64,000 nucleotides of DNA from Schmidtea polychroa (lineage: Eukaryota), in contig CM097885.1 of assembly GCA_044892525.1 (NCBI GenBank), positions 25,918,001 to 25,982,000 of the forward strand, given 5' to 3'. Shown one piece after another: positions 13,903 to 28,977 of the stretch; position 1 is the stretch's first letter, and every line of letters starts with the position of its first letter. The position numbers and the translations under genes are program-made. The notes below the pieces were generated by a model. The model was not told the origin of the DNA. It worked only from the letters and a program-made list of their open reading frames with translations, and did not search any database.

Positions 13903-14376
13903 TGGGTAATAATGACGATTGTGTATGCCAGTATAACTGTATAAGTAGATATAAATATATGAATAGTATTAGTAGTAAAGTGAATAGTATAATTCCTTTT
14001 GTAAATAATGTATATAATGTAGAAAATATTAATAATAACGTGAATAGTATAAGTCCTTTAGTAGATAATTTAAATAAAGTAAATAATAAAATGTTGGATG
14101 AGAATAATGTAATCAGAAATAATGGTAGCAGTAGAATTGTAGGAAATATCGATTTAGTTGAGCTAGAAACAAATTTTAAAAAAGCGAATCAATGTGATAT
14201 AATAGAAAGTTTAAAAAATAAAGTGACGGATATTCATGATGCAATTATTTTAAATATGCCGAATGAAAACAATTTTTAAAAAATAAAAATTGATGACGAT
14301 AATAAAAAAGAATGCAAAAATAATTGTACTCAGATTTTATCGATGATGACGTAAAAAAATTAAAAAACCAGAAAAT

Positions 14377-17300
14377 ATGATTTATGTACATAATGAAAAG
14401 GATAGAATATTTGATACATGTGACTGTAAAATACAATATAGAAGTGAAAAATATTTGAAGAAGGATGAGTATAATATTGTTTATGATAAAATGGGTGGAC
14501 GTCCAAGTGTAATAATAGGCATAAATAATTACTTTAAGAATTGTTTGTTGGATACAGGAGCTAGAATGAATGTGATTGATAGTTCGATTATAAAGGAGAT
14601 CAGAAATCCAGTTTTAAACGAACACGGAGACAAAATCTGGTGCTCAAATGGTAGTCCATTAAAAACTTTGGGAAGAATCAAGCTTAGAATAAATATAGGA
14701 AGTAGAGAAGAAAATATTGTTTTTGTAGTAGTTGAAAATGTATCTCCATCGATAATTGGAGGAATCGATTTATTACGTAGGTTTAACATAAAACTATTGA
14801 AAGTTATCGGAAATAACATCGAAAATGCAAGCGAATATAATAATATGGAAATATGCAACATTGAAGCCAAATTTGGGAAACGAACGAGCGATGAAATTCG
14901 ATTTAAAAGAGCAATAGAATTAATATGATTAAGGTGTGACAACAAACTTTATGGAGTAATAAAAAAATGCCGAAGTATTTATGATAGATAAGTGGGATAT
15001 AGGCAAAACCAATCTATTAAAGCATGATATTAAAACTGTTGAAGGACCAATCCATTTGAACCCAAGAAGACAGCCAGCATACCTAGAAGAAAAGATTGAA
15101 GAAGCTATTAAAAATTTGGAAGAAAACGGCATAATTACGAAGTGTGACTCACCGTGGAATACGCCGTTAGTATGTGTCTGGAAAAAAGAGAAAAATGATA
15201 TTCGATTATGTTTAGATTTTAGAAGTTTCAATAAAATGACAGAAAGACAAATCTTCCCAATGTCTAATATCGAACAGATGTTAGATTCATTAAATGGATC
15301 AATGTACTTTAGCACCATTGATCTGGGAAGCGCGTATTATCAGGTTGAATTGACAGCAAATTCGCAAGAAAAGACAGCGTTCGCAACAAGATCTGGGCAG
15401 TTCTGCTTTAATAGGATGCCATTCGGGATTGCTGCTGCTCCAGCTACATTCCAAAAATTAATGAATATGGTTTTAGGAAAATTATTATGGAAAATTGCTA
15501 TAGTGTATTTAGATGATATTTTAATATTCTCAAAAGACAAAGAAGATCATATAAAAAGAATAAATGAAGTATTAGAAAAAATAAAAGAAGCAGGATTGAC
15601 AATAAATCCTGAAAAATGCAAATTTTTGGTGAAGGAAACAAAATTTCTTGGTCACATTATAACTTGCGAAGGTGTTAAAGTTGATGAAGCTAAAATAGAA
15701 GCAATACAAGGGTTTCAAAGACCAAAATGTTTAAAGCAATTGAGGAGTTTCTTAGGACTGTGTAATTATTACAGAAAATTTATAAAAAATTATTCAAAAT
15801 TCGCAAGAATATTAGAATCGATGTGCGGAAACAATAAAGACAAGTTAGTTTGGTCACAAGAATCTCAAGAAAGTTTTGAGGAATTGAAGAAAGCACTATC
15901 AACTACACCAGTTCTAATATATCCTGATTATGAGAAAGAATTTATTTTGGACACGGATGCTAGTTTCGACACCATATGAGCTGTTTTGTCACAGATTGAT
16001 AATCTAGGTAATGAACGTGTTATTGCCTATGGTTCACATACGATGAGTAAACATGAAATAGGATACTGTATCACGAGAAAGGAACTTTTAGCAATTTATT
16101 ACTTTGCACAGCATTTTAAGCACTATCTTTACGGCAAGCGATTCCAGCTAAGAACGGATCACAAGGCTATAACATTTATGATGACAACAAAAAAACCTAT
16201 AACGGCACAATTTCAGACATGGATAAACTTATTGAGTAGTTTAGATATGGATATTAAATATCGAAAAGAAATTGACCATTCGAACGCTGACGCATTATCG
16301 AGAGATAAATGTGGGAAATGTACACAGTGTATGGAAATCCATGAAGATGCCAAGACAGAGAAAGTAAAAACCAGATTGTTGGCAATGACAGCTACTAAAC
16401 ATGGATTGCAATGGCAAAGGGGTAATGAAGAGATAGAACATATGAGAAAAGCAATTGATAAAAATGAGACTACAAGATTTAAAATCATCGAAGATTTATT
16501 TTTAACAAGAGAAAAAAAAATTTTGATTCCAAAAGTAAATAGAATAAAATTTGTCAAAGAAATGCACAAAATGTTGTGTCACGCTGGATGCAAGAAGGTA
16601 ATCGATTATATAAAAGTTAATTACGATATGGAGGAATTAAATACAATCGCGACTCAATATATTCAAAGTTGTGAAATATGCCAGAAACGAAAAACATTGA
16701 CAACAAAAAACAAAAGAACTAATTGTAAAAACAAAATTGGCGGAAACGTTTGAGGTTATAGCGATAGATTTTTGTGGACCTTTACAGGCAAACATTCATG
16801 GAAAGAAATATATTTTGGGAATTATAGATATGTGTAGTCGATACATTTCGTTGACAGCAGTAGCAAAGCAGGACGAAAAAACTACAGCGGATACTATTGT
16901 GAAATTCTAGATATTGAAATACGGGGCACCGAGAATTATTCATGTTGATTGTGGAAGAACATTTGAGTCTAACTTGATAAAAGAGTTGGCTAAGAATCAC
17001 AATATACAGCTACAATTTTCTAGCCCTTATCATCATAACACTAATGGTTTGATTGAAGGACAATTTCGAACAATACAAGATTTTATCAGTACATCATTAA
17101 GAGATAAACTTAAGAGAAATTGGGTTGAAGTGTTACCTGAAATTGAGTTTACTTTAAATGCTACCATTCAAAGCACAACTGGAAAGAGTCCATCAGAAGC
17201 AGTATTTGGTTTTCGGATATCTAGAGAATGGAACAATAATAAAAGAATATACAACGATAGAAGTAAAAAAGTGGAGGAAGTGCAATCAAAACAAAGAAAT

Positions 17301-17516
17301 TTAAATTATAAAAATGAGAACCGAATACACCGAGAATTCGATATAAATGAAGAAGTTTTAGTTAAAGTAGATTTGAGAAAAAAAGAGGAGGACCAATATA
17401 CAGGACCTTTTGTAATTGTTAGAAAGATCCATGCAAATAGTTATTAATTACGAGACAGAGATGGGAAAATTATAATTCGCAACGTTGAATGGCTAAAACC
17501 TTTTAAACATGGGAGA
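14377..17516 (+). pseudogene. Gypsy pol (PR-RT-RH-IN) with several stops and frameshifts
   Basis: ORFs 14377-14928, 14981-15979, 15986-16753 and 16914-17447 carry the domains in Gypsy order. Confidence 0.92.
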
Positions 17517-17744
17517 TGTTAGAGATATTTAAATAATTAATTTATAAATAAAATATATATTATATTATAAGTAAAAGTATAATAAGTATAAAAGCTGGCA
17601 CGCATAATTAGCATTATTATTTAATTAATTAATTCGCCATTTAAATCGGGTGTTTTAATAATACCAGATTTAGGCAATAATTTATATTTTGTATTTTGTA
17701 TTAAAAATAAATATTTGTAGATTATTAACTGGTTATTATTAACA
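17517..17744 (+). repeat. 3' LTR (~228 bp)
   Basis: Begins TGTTA after the purine tract and ends TAACA; Polinton coding sequence resumes immediately after it. Confidence 0.75.
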
Positions 17745-18716
17745 GTATTAATGCAGCAATAAACCCTCCTTGTTGTTTATATATAATGTTTCTCATTTAC
17801 GATTTTTATTATTTAATAATGATAAAAAAGGTTTATTGTGCGTTTTTAAAATAATTAATCAGATTTACTAATTTTAATCTTGCCTTTGACTACTTTAAGT
17901 ATAATATCAATTAAATCATCGACAGCAAAATTTGGAAATGAATGCAAAATAATTATTCTTTTCATGTTCAGTGCCTTTAACAATGCATTAAAAAACGGAA
18001 AACTGCGATGATTTTTTACGGCTTTTACTTGTTTAAGCTTTTCAGATGGTTTAGGTTTTGGAATTTTTGAAATGAGATTCATTGATGAAAAATATTTTGT
18101 AACAAGTTTTTTAGGGGGCGTATAACTCGTTTTTGATGGAACTTTGATTTGTTCTTTTAAAATTCTTTTAATACCTTTTATAGGTTTCCTAGGATTTTTA
18201 ACTCGCGCTTTCAGAAACATGTTCAATCATAAATGGTTACAACTTTTTTTATAAACCATTGACCCTTCTTTATTGAAAATATCGGTTCTCACTCGTAAAT
18301 CATCATGACATTGTTGTGTGAAATCAAGAAATATATATCCATGATGTTGTATTGTTACATCTTAAAATGCATTTATCGGAAAATTACAATTATTTGCATA
18401 CGCCTGTCTTGCAAGGAAATCAATAACTGTTCAATCTCTATGGTTTTTAAAAACAACCAAATATTAAAAACTTAAATTACGAATTCTATGTGGACCTGCT
18501 TGACGAAACAAATTTTGAGTTATAAAAATAACCGTTACACCAACATGTCTACTAATTTTAGAGAATAAATAATTGAAATTCCTTTCTTTATTAGTTTTTT
18601 GATACAAATCATCAATAATTATGATATACCCTTCTTTTGTATACTTGACCAGTTTTTTATCAAACCCCTTTACTAATTTCATATTTTTCAATTTACAGAA
18701 TTTATCTTGAGTCAAT
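17745..18716 (-). pseudogene. Polinton remnant: packaging ATPase and basic core protein
   Basis: IIIDDLYQ, SRHVGVTVIFITQNLF, HRSFPFFNALLKA and YKQQGGFI; homologous to 61303-62475. Confidence 0.88.
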
Positions 18717-19289
18717 TTTTGATTTTCTCCTCTAAATTCCCTAGTGTTTTTATGTAGGTCAACACAGGTGAGGGAACTACCGTTTCAGGCTCAAACACCA
18801 GACGCCCGTGACCTTTGAATTCCCTCTAACACTCACTAACGTTCAGTTGTCAGATATTCATAGCCGCAGGTCTCTGAAATTTGAGCCTAAAATGATAGTT
18901 CCCTCACTATTCTATAAAACTATAAAATCTGTAAATTTTAAAACCAAAAAAACTTTAAAGAGTAAAAAACAAGAAAATTCCACAAACGAGATTTATCTAT
19001 TAAACAAAAATTAAGAGTAGACAATGTTTTTATTCTCAAGAATGACTGTTTTATTTATAAACTTATTTAATTGTTTCTATTTTTAATATAACAACTATTT
19101 TATATATTATAAAATAAATAGTGTGTGTATAATATATTTTGTATGTATAAGAGTTTTGTATTTTTTAAGCACCTTTAAACATTGACGACATTGAATTCTA
19201 ACAGAATTTATATCCAATTCACTTAAATTAGTAGCATATTTTTTAATAATATTTGATAAACTTTTAATAAATTTTTAATAAATTTTATT

Positions 19290-22200
19290 TTATTATTTCC
19301 ATAAGGTAAGGAATTTTTTCATCAGATAAAATCCATCTTTTAACATCATAATTATCCAATGAAGTTTTAAAACATTTTTCTAAATAAATATTATGAGATG
19401 ATGATTTAATATTATGAATTATATATACTCGGTTTCCTGAATCTTTATAGAGACAATTTTCATAATCTTCAAATTTTTTTTATTTACTTACACATTTTTT
19501 AATTCCCTTATTTCTATTTTCTTAACCCACAAGAAATTCCATTGCATATTTTTTAGCTCTAATACAACATAAATCTAATATTGGGTTATTTGGTTTTTCA
19601 TCGTTAAATGAAAATCGTTTCCCAGAATTATTTAAGACTTCAGTCTCTTCGATTTCTTTGAATAAATTCTCAATTCTTTCACTTCTTTTAACTTCCAAAA
19701 ATATCGAGTCAGTATCCATGTAATATAAAGATAATCTATCCCCAAAATGTGGTTGTAAAATATTATAATATTATAAGTTTCATACATTTGAAGTTTTGAT
19801 AATTCAATACTAAATCCTATATACATTGGTTTATTATATTGTTATATAATTCCCCATTGTAGTGCCTCTGACTAGCACTTTTATCAATTTAATATTTGAA
19901 CTAAAAATATATTATTAAATTAATAAAATTAAAATAAAATTATAAACGATTGTTTAAATAATCCTGTCTTTTTCCAAAAAAATCATCAAATTCAATTTAA
20001 AAAGAAACAATGAATTATTTAATTTCGCAATCATCAAATCGAGTCTAAAATTAATAAATCAAATATGCCAGAAATTCAAGAAACAGAAACCTTCGTCTTA
20101 TAGCAATGATCTCTCTAATGATGGTCAAGATCTTCAACAATCTCCAGATCAAGTGTTCGTGCTTTGGTCGGAATATATTGATTATTGGAGAAGATATGAC
20201 AATTATTTATTGCAATGTTAATTTGAATAAATTCTTTATTCGAATTAATTGTATGTCTCTACAACCATTTCCACAGCAATTAATTCACTTGAAAATTTAT
20301 TACAATCTTTAAATGTTGGTTTTGTTATCATTCTACCAAATATTTTAACATCTTTTTTATTATTGGTTAATAAATGTATATTTACATATTTATCAATATT
20401 TTTCATAGTTTTACAAACACTGAATTATTTAATAATTTATACATCATATCCCCAAAACCATCTTGCTTCATTTCTCATTTCAATAATATTTTCAATATAA
20501 TCTTTCATAAAAGGTTTTTGTTCAAAACTTATAATAGTATGAAGCTTTTCAAGTTTCATTCCTTGATTCAAATAAAATTGTAATAGTCTATAATGGCATA
20601 AATATTTTTCTTTATTATTCTGACCACATACAATTTTAATTGTTAAATTTTTTCCTTCAAAGTTTTTATTTTTTTGCCAGGGTGATAATTCTTCATAATC
20701 TCTTTTTCTTGTTATAGGAGCAAAAGGGAAATTAATAGATTTTTCATGAATCTTCTCAGTGTGTAAAATATCACATTCTATAAAATATCCAATACTTGAA
20801 TACTTATCAGTAGTTAAAACTAGTTCAATTATATCTATATTTTTGTATTTAAAAATGCTCCAAGGTAAAAACTGTGTTATGATTCCTAAATATAAAACTG
20901 TTGCATCCAGGGCCGGCACTAGAGCATGCGGGGCCCAAGGTAGCAGACGAGGAGCGAGATCCATGCAAAAATTTTTATTTATACATATATTAAAATAATG
21001 AGAAACAAAAATTTAAATTACTTAAATTTTTACTCTATAACACATCAATAATTACAGTTTTATTCATTTAACTGAAGATCATAAAACTCAAAAAAAATTA
21101 ATAATTAAAATGTTTTGTTTTGGCATGCTAATTGGCAGTTCATATATAACTCTACATTATAAACTATATATACTATAGCGTTGGTTTGGTTGTATCTTCT
21201 ACTTCCACCTTGTTTTTACAACTTACAAGCAAATCTTGCGAGCTTTGACGGCTGCAGAATCTGTAATAATTTCATTACTGGCAAGATTATTGAGCCGATC
21301 TTGAATCATTGTTGATCGCATATAGGTTTTAATAAATTTTAGTTTCGAAAAGCTTCTTTCTCAGGAACCAATAGTGACAGGAATAGTTAGAAGTATTCGA
21401 AAGGCAATGTGTGTATTACAAAAGTCACTATAACGCATGTTTACTAACAGAAACTGCAAAATCTTAAAATGAATGTTGTAGGTGGCTGGAGGAATTATGG
21501 AACTCAATGATTGCAACTCTTCAGCAAGCATAAAACCATCAAGATCCTTACTTTCGCGCCTGTGAGCTTTTTCTCCAGATTCATACCGCAATTCAGTGGA
21601 TCATTTTTTTGTAATTGATGAAATTTATAAAGAAATCCAAACGAGTTATGGTGCATTCGTAGTTGTTCAAATCGACTGTCCATCGACATCAACTGCAACA
21701 TCAACAATCTGGTTAAAAAATCAGTGCGAAAAATTTTCTTGTGGATCTACAAACCCTTCATCTTCTTCATATTTAAATTGTTTCCTTCTTTTTCGCCCTC
21801 TCGTCTCTTTGAAAATGGGTTCAATTTCCAAGCCCTTGGCAATTTCTTTTTTTTGTTTCAAAACCGCCATCTATGTAAGATTTCATCCATTTGCAAGTAT
21901 GTTTTATGCTATCAATTGCAGTTGCTAAATCGACAGAAATATTTTGTAATTCTTTGCTGATGTAATTAAACTGGAACAATATGTCATACCAAAGGGCAAT
22001 GGAAACAATGAAATTGAAGTTCTTAATTGAAGTTTGAAATTGAAGTTCAAAAATAGAAGTTCGAAATTGAAGTTTCCACAATGACTCTGCTTCACTTCGA
22101 GCTTTTGGATCACTACTTTGCCCTGCAACTTCGAAAGCGCATCATAGATTTCGCCTGCTTGATATCCCACTGCCTTTACACTTTCCATACGGCTTCCCAT

Positions 22201-25200
22201 CTTGTTTCACAAACTGGTTTTACTGAAATATTTCAAACATGATTGAAGCAGAAAATAAAACATAGATTTGTTGAATTATACCAACAAACGTCATTGCATC
22301 AGGACAAGTTTTTGCTATATTACATAGCAGCAAGTTGCAGCTGTTACAGGTACAAGAGGTAAAAAATGCACTAGGATTTAATTGTAAAACACGAGCCTGT
22401 ACGCTTGACTTATGCCCTTTCATATTCGCACCGTTGTCGTATCCTTTACCGTGATATCAGAAACATATATTCTCAATCTTGTCAGTTCCAATAGTAAGAC
22501 ATCAAGCAAGTGTTGTTTAGTACTTTCTTCTACTTCTAGAAAACGAATGAAGTGCTCGTGAATTCCTTCAGAATATCCTCTCTTGAGCTTACATAACAAA
22601 TTTTCAATGACATCTGTTCTTGGTGACTTTGGTCTGGTGTGCAATCAAATATTACTGAAAAGTATTTAGCAGATTTTACTTTTCCTACAATAATTTCCCT
22701 TACCTTATTTCCCATAAGCGAAATGAACTCGTGTTGATTTCGCTTTCCCAAGTAGTGATCATGAATTTCATCAGTTTGTATTCTTTGTATATGTTCTGCA
22801 AAACCGGATCAAATTTTGCCAGCAATTCAACGATACCCAAAAGGTTTCCATTGTGTGCCTTATGTAGGTTATCGACTGAACTACGAAAAGCCATGTTGTG
22901 CTCGGAAAGAAATTGGAAAATGGCCATTAGACGTGAAAATACACTTTTTGACTCGGTTTTTCAACTGTGCATCGTTTTGTTAGCCTATTTTCCAGCTCAA
23001 ACCATTCCAAAGTAGATGTCATATGTCCCTTTAATTTCTCATGATCAGAGTCTCACACTGGAATTTTTTCAGTCCCAAATCCCATCGGATCCCAGAGAAG
23101 ACAAAGTGTTGCCAAAAAGTTTGCGACGTATACAAAACATTTTGTTCTTAGCTGCTGAATATATAAGCCATTTTCGGTTGAGAACTTCACCATTTTCCAT
23201 ATGTCGTTTGCAGTAGGTTGTAGAAAATTTCCGTATGTTGCTATCTGCTCAAAAATCTTTTTCTTCAATTTTTTTTGGCCCCATGCAAACAATTGTAGAA
23301 CAAGTATCTGCATTCAAATGTTCTGGCCAAGTTGCTGGATCATTAAAATCATCATTTACATTTATCAGACCAACCAACTCTTATGTTTCCATTCGCAGTT
23401 GCAGATATCCGTGTCCCTGCAATCTGAGAGGTATCAACAATCCTAACATCAGAACTATCAATACTAGGCTCTGTGTTAATTTTATAAGTTCCTGCACCTT
23501 TGTATTCTTCAGAAGTTGACGATGTTGACGAACTTTGATGTTGTTCTACAAGAACTTTAATGAGAGATTGTGTTAATGCCGTAATTTGGCTTTCTTGCGT
23601 TGCTTTTTTTTTCTTTTTATTGCCACTTTTATATTTTCTGCCAAAATCGCGATCTCGTTTTGGTGGCATATCCCTCAGGTCTGAAATCAATAATCATTGA
23701 CCACATAAGGGCCGATATGGATAAAGTGCTACGCCAGTACGCCCCATGCTTATATTCTTAATATTAATGGTAATATTTCTAAATAAATGTCATAATTGTC
23801 AGTGACAGATCGCAGATAATTCATTTTATATTAGTACGCTATTTTTCTAATTATTTTATCCTTAAAATTAAATATAAAATTTTCTTGATACTGTTGTTAT
23901 ATAAAAGACAAGTATCATATAATAGTATTAAAATTGTAAAAAGTAGTAAAAAATGTTTAGTCAAAGCGCGGGGCCCAAAACGGTTGCCTTGTTCACCTTG
24001 CCCTAAGGCCGGGCCAGGTTGCATCGATATAAAGTATATCAGATTTGTTATTCATACTTCGTTATTTTTATTCATTATTATTTTTTAAAATTCTTTTTCA
24101 TTTTCAATTTCTGTAGTATATTCTGGATACATCTTCTCGAGATATTTCTCATTAAATGCTGTAACATGTCTATTTCCCATTACAAAACTAATTCCACCTC
24201 AAACATTATTCTTTATAGGATTAAACATGTCAATATCAGTTAATAAATCTAAATTAATTTTACTTTTATACAACATCAAGTACAAGACATTGAGGGTAAT
24301 GAAATATAATTACAAGGATTCAAACGGAATCCTTTTATAAGATTTTCAAAACAATAAGTTAATATATAAACATCAAATCTCCTTAATTTTTACAATTAAA
24401 TAATTTATACATTTCCAAATATCTTTTATAGTCTTGATCATTAATATTTGAATCATTCAAGATTGAAAAGAATTTAGTTGAAAGAATCAGTTAAATTATC
24501 TTTTTCAAAAGAGTCTATAAAATCATATGGATAGATAGAACCTTTTATTAAACATAAATCATATTTGTCCTCGGGGATACTAAATCTCTTCAAAACATTT
24601 ATTTTTGTAAGTAGGGGAAGTGAATGTATTTGTTTAAAAATGATGATTCATATGTACTTTAATGACCTTGATGAGTTATATGACCTTGTTACTAAAAGTA
24701 GAATGACCTTGATATAGTTACTAAAAATAGAATGACCTTGGTGAGTCATGACGATGAGTCATCGGGTATGTGATGAGCCATGGAGCACACGTCCACATTC
24801 TAATGTATATTCAAATTCATTTAATTTTAAATTCCTCGAGATCGAATCTAAACTCATTGAAATAAAATTCATTGAATCAATAAATTTTAAACATCCATAT
24901 TCATCACATTTATATTTTTCTTTTGTTTTCCCTAGAACTTTGTTTCATAAAGAGATGAATGTCATAATTAAAAGATTATGAAATAAACTGGGGTTAATTT
25001 TGGTTTTTTACAATTAATATAACAAGTTTCATGAGCTGCACCTCGGTAATTATTTAATTTTATAAAGTGATCATAGCCACGTACTTTGTTGTTATTATCA
25101 TCAAATAATTTATGGCACATCCAACATTTTTTTGCTTTTTGAAATTCTAATTCTCGTTTTCTTGAAATATTTAATTCATAAAATATTTTTTTTTCTAGTT

Positions 25201-25640
25201 TATTGATGTCATTCACAAAATTTTCCAAAATATCTTCTCCCCTATAAAATAATTCTTTAGATAATTACTTTTTATATATACACAATAAGCTGATGGGAGC
25301 TGTTGTGTTGAAGGAATTGTAAAAGATTTTTTAATTGAAATCAAAAAGTTAATAATCTTTTCAGTTTCTACTTCTTGTTGATTATAAACATAATTGAAAT
25401 TATTAAATAAATTCATTAAATTATATTTACTCAAAATATTTGTATATTCATTTTTTAAATCCTGCATATATTGTAACAAGAGGCTTTAAAATATTTGAAA
25501 ATTTTTTAAAATACATTTCAGCATTATTTTTAGGCATTCTAATCAATGTGGGTTTATTTTCTTTACAAAGTCTTGAGTGTTTTTCAGTCAAGTTTTCTGA
25601 GGTTGTATAAGTTAAACATCTTTCACAAGTAACACCATTC
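19290..25640 (-). pseudogene. Decayed protein-primed DNA polymerase B of another Polinton lineage, split by insertions
   Basis: CWMC..YDHF..YRGAAH..C, motif A LYIDATVLY, MYIGFSIELSKLQMY, YMDTDS and KKYA fragments in the expected order. Confidence 0.82.
20908..24017 (-). mobile_element. hAT element (ZMYM1-like transposase, heavily frameshifted)
   Basis: Ends CAGGGCCGGC / GCCGGGCCAG; exact 8-bp TSD GTTGCATC (20900-20907, 24018-24025); YFSVIFDCTPDQSHQEQMS and ERSFSKL motifs. Confidence 0.92.
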
Positions 25641-26139
25641 TTAACATTAGAATTTATAACTCTTTCTTATAAAAATTTCTCATAAAACCTACATGTTTGT
25701 CTCATATTAGTATTTATGGACTGACGGATTGAGCAAGTCAGTGCAAGTACGAGTCTTCCTGTCCTGTTGTCACGAGACAATAATGGACAAGAACTTCTAC
25801 TGCGCGTATGGATGTAACATGATGATACTGGTATATCATTATGTGCAAGTTTTTACATGTTCAAATTATATTGCAGCCATAAAGTGAATGCCTACAATTT
25901 ACACAATTTTATGAAATATACTAATACAATTTAATTACTATATAAATAGAATAAAATAGTGCACTATAAAATCCATACTTCGCTAGTAATATTACAGTGG
26001 CGAAAATAAGTTTGTATACAAGAAGAGATTTCACTACAGACCATTCGACAAGTTGTTGATATCGATCTGTGCAGCAGTTGATATGTTAAAGATTTTAAAT
26101 AATAAACATTTTGTTTTAAACAAATTTCAACCTATCAGA

Positions 26140-28910
26140 TATTGGCCAGTAGAATGATTTCATTTAAAATGTTAGCAACAAAATCTTTGTTCTCCAAATT
26201 TCTCAACTCTAACACAACTACTTTACCACTGGCAAACACGTTAACACACATGGTATTATATTTTAAGAAGTCTCAAAGCAGAAATAGTTCTTATTCAAAC
26301 ATACAATAACATTTTCTTGACATGTTGTGAAAATTGATACTATAACCGATACCCATAGAAGTTTACTATGGATATTGAATTTTAATATTATTTAATCGAT
26401 AATTTAACTTGTAAAGAATAAGAATAACTTGAGAAATTCCAAAATACTTTATTTAAGAAATTGTGGTACTATTTATAGTACTCTGTTTGCCGACACCAAC
26501 ACAATCAGCAATAAATTATTGGAAAATAATAATCGGTGACATAATTTGAGGACCCAGACAATCAAAAATAATCAACAACACATGCAGGCTTTACATAATA
26601 TAGAGTAGAGGTTAAAGAGATCAAATATCCCATTATAATTATGTCGAGGTTTTAAAAGTAAATTATTAAATTATATCAAATCGAATAGTTTAAAATAAAA
26701 GGAAAACCGAAATGGAAGGGCGGTCAAGCAGAGAAGTAATAGCAAAGAAAGATATGATAAAAACAGAACTATAAAACGGTACAATCAGACACGAAATGGA
26801 GAAATGAGCAAATTTGAGGAAGTGCAATAAATTGAAATGTTATAGAAATTGACGCTGAAAAACGGGAGAGGAGTAGATTAAGGGATGGTGAAGAAGATAG
26901 TGAGCAAACATTTTTAGAAAATGTTTAGAAAGGGTCGTGAAACAGGCATATATGAAAAAACGCAAAATATTAATTAATTAATTGGCTAATGGGAAATCCG
27001 AGATAATGGGAATGGCGAGCGAAAGGAGAACCCGAGCGATGAAGAAACCCCGAGTGCAGAAATTTGGAAGGATAAACAAACGGGGAATTCAGAGGGCATT
27101 TATCCAAACAGCCGGATAAACGAGGGTAAACAAATAAAGGAATTACAAAGAGGGTCAACTGAAATAACTAATTAGAGAATGATAACTAAGAAAGTGAAAA
27201 CCAAATAGATCAAAAATGGGGCAATTACAACGATTATGAGAGTATATAAGGAAATTCCAAATTCAGATAATCGGCAGTAGCCTTAGATAGGGAAGAAGAA
27301 ACCGACAATAGGACTTTGAGGAAAAAAGACAAGAAAACTGCATTATAAGAGGAACTGGAGAGTTAGAAAAGGAGTATTAAAAGAGTTCGGATCAGAGGGT
27401 GGAATCCAATAAAAAACGAGAACTTATTTTTAAATCGCACAAGGTCGAAACGTTCCAGAGTAAAGTTCGATCGGAGATTTGGAGCAAAATCGTGGTTAAC
27501 TAAAAGTTGTTATTATTTATCGAGAATTGTAAATTTGCTATAAAACAAATATACATTGGGAGTTGTGTTTATTAATTTTTGGAACACATGGAGTCAAAAT
27601 AACCAACGGTTGATTTTTAGTATCATAAAACCCAACAATTACATCACACAGAAAATCAAAATTGACTGAAAACGTAATTTGAATGTTCAATATTTAGGTG
27701 TTTTCAAGAATCCTAGAGATGCAACTGTTATTAATTTTCTTGCAAGAAAAGCCTATCCGAATAATCTTAATTTTCTAATTAGTGCATTTCAAGATCCTTC
27801 AAAATTGCCACGCGGATATGTATTTCTTGATTTCACTCAACAATTTCCTGATTATTTACGGGTAAAAATAGATATTTTCAAGAACAAAGAAGGGGTCATG
27901 ATTTATAAACAAAGTTCCAAACATATTTAGTAATAATGATTTTAGAAGCACGAGTTAAATACCTTAGAAAACATAGAAAAAGTATTAGAAAGAATATTAA
28001 AATCATAGTTTCATCAAAAACTAGTATACTCTATCTAAAAAACTAGTAATTCAAATTTTCGCCTGCAATGAATTTTTCTCCAAAAAATCTTAAATCTAAT
28101 AATAAGAAGAATAAGAAAAAGAAACATGTCAAAACTCATACAAAACTCATCGTAGTTTCCATTTTTTCAATACATTGTTAAAGGCCTCGAGCATGAAAAG
28201 AATGACTATTTTGCATTCATTTCCTAATTTTGCTGTCGATGATTTGCATGAAATTAAACTCAAAGTAGTCAAAGGCAAGATTAAAATCAGTAAATCCAAA
28301 AAATATTTGTTGAAAAACACAAGAAACCTTTGCTATCGTTAGTAAATAATACAAATCGTAAACAAATGAAAAAAATTATATATAAACAACATGGGGGATT
28401 TATTGGGGTATCGATATTTTTGGCAATATCATTATTAAGTGAATAATAGGAAATCAATTCTAAATAATGGGTTCTAACCCCCCCCCATTACCTAATTTTA
28501 AATTAAAAATTAAATCTCTTGTTGTAATAGAGAAGATTTGGACGAACCCCGAAGACAAGGCAGGTTTCGGTGGAGTGGCAAAGTTAAATAAACGAGTTCC
28601 GAATTCTTGATCAGAAACCCACAAAAGGTTAGCAGGACAGCTCGCGTACATTTGAACAACACAATGTTAAAAAGATTTCTGAAAAGAGATATATAGAAAA
28701 TACGGTATTGATGATTTATGGCAAATGGATTTGATGGACATGATACCGAATTCGAAAATTAACAAGGCGTATAAATATATTTTGACCTGTATTGATGATT
28801 TCAGTTGCTTTGTCCAGTCAAGGCAAAATCTGCAGATGAAAGGTCTAAAGCAATTATTAATTTATTTGAAAATGGACATCCTAACAATATACAAACCGAT
28901 TTAGGTATTA

Positions 28911-28977
<67 letters not shown>

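Larger units (their letters stand above)
13105..17744 (+). mobile_element. Ty3/Gypsy LTR retrotransposon, 5'-truncated and decayed
   Basis: gag with CCHC knuckles, then PR (LLDTGA), RT (YLDD), RNase H (DTDAS), IN (HHCC, IDFCGP, GPF), polypurine GGGAGA and a 3' LTR. Confidence 0.95.

Noticed and set aside
14529..17000. Antisense ORFs over Gypsy pol (and similar ones over hAT and Polinton genes)
   Set aside because: Shadow frames of real coding sequence with no independent motifs.
25993..26025. Tc1-like TIR (TA-CAGTGGCGAAAATAAGTTTG)
   Set aside because: No partner TIR or transposase found in the window.
26400..27660. Purine-rich insert, possibly retroelement-derived
   Set aside because: No recognisable domain or termini; left unclassified.
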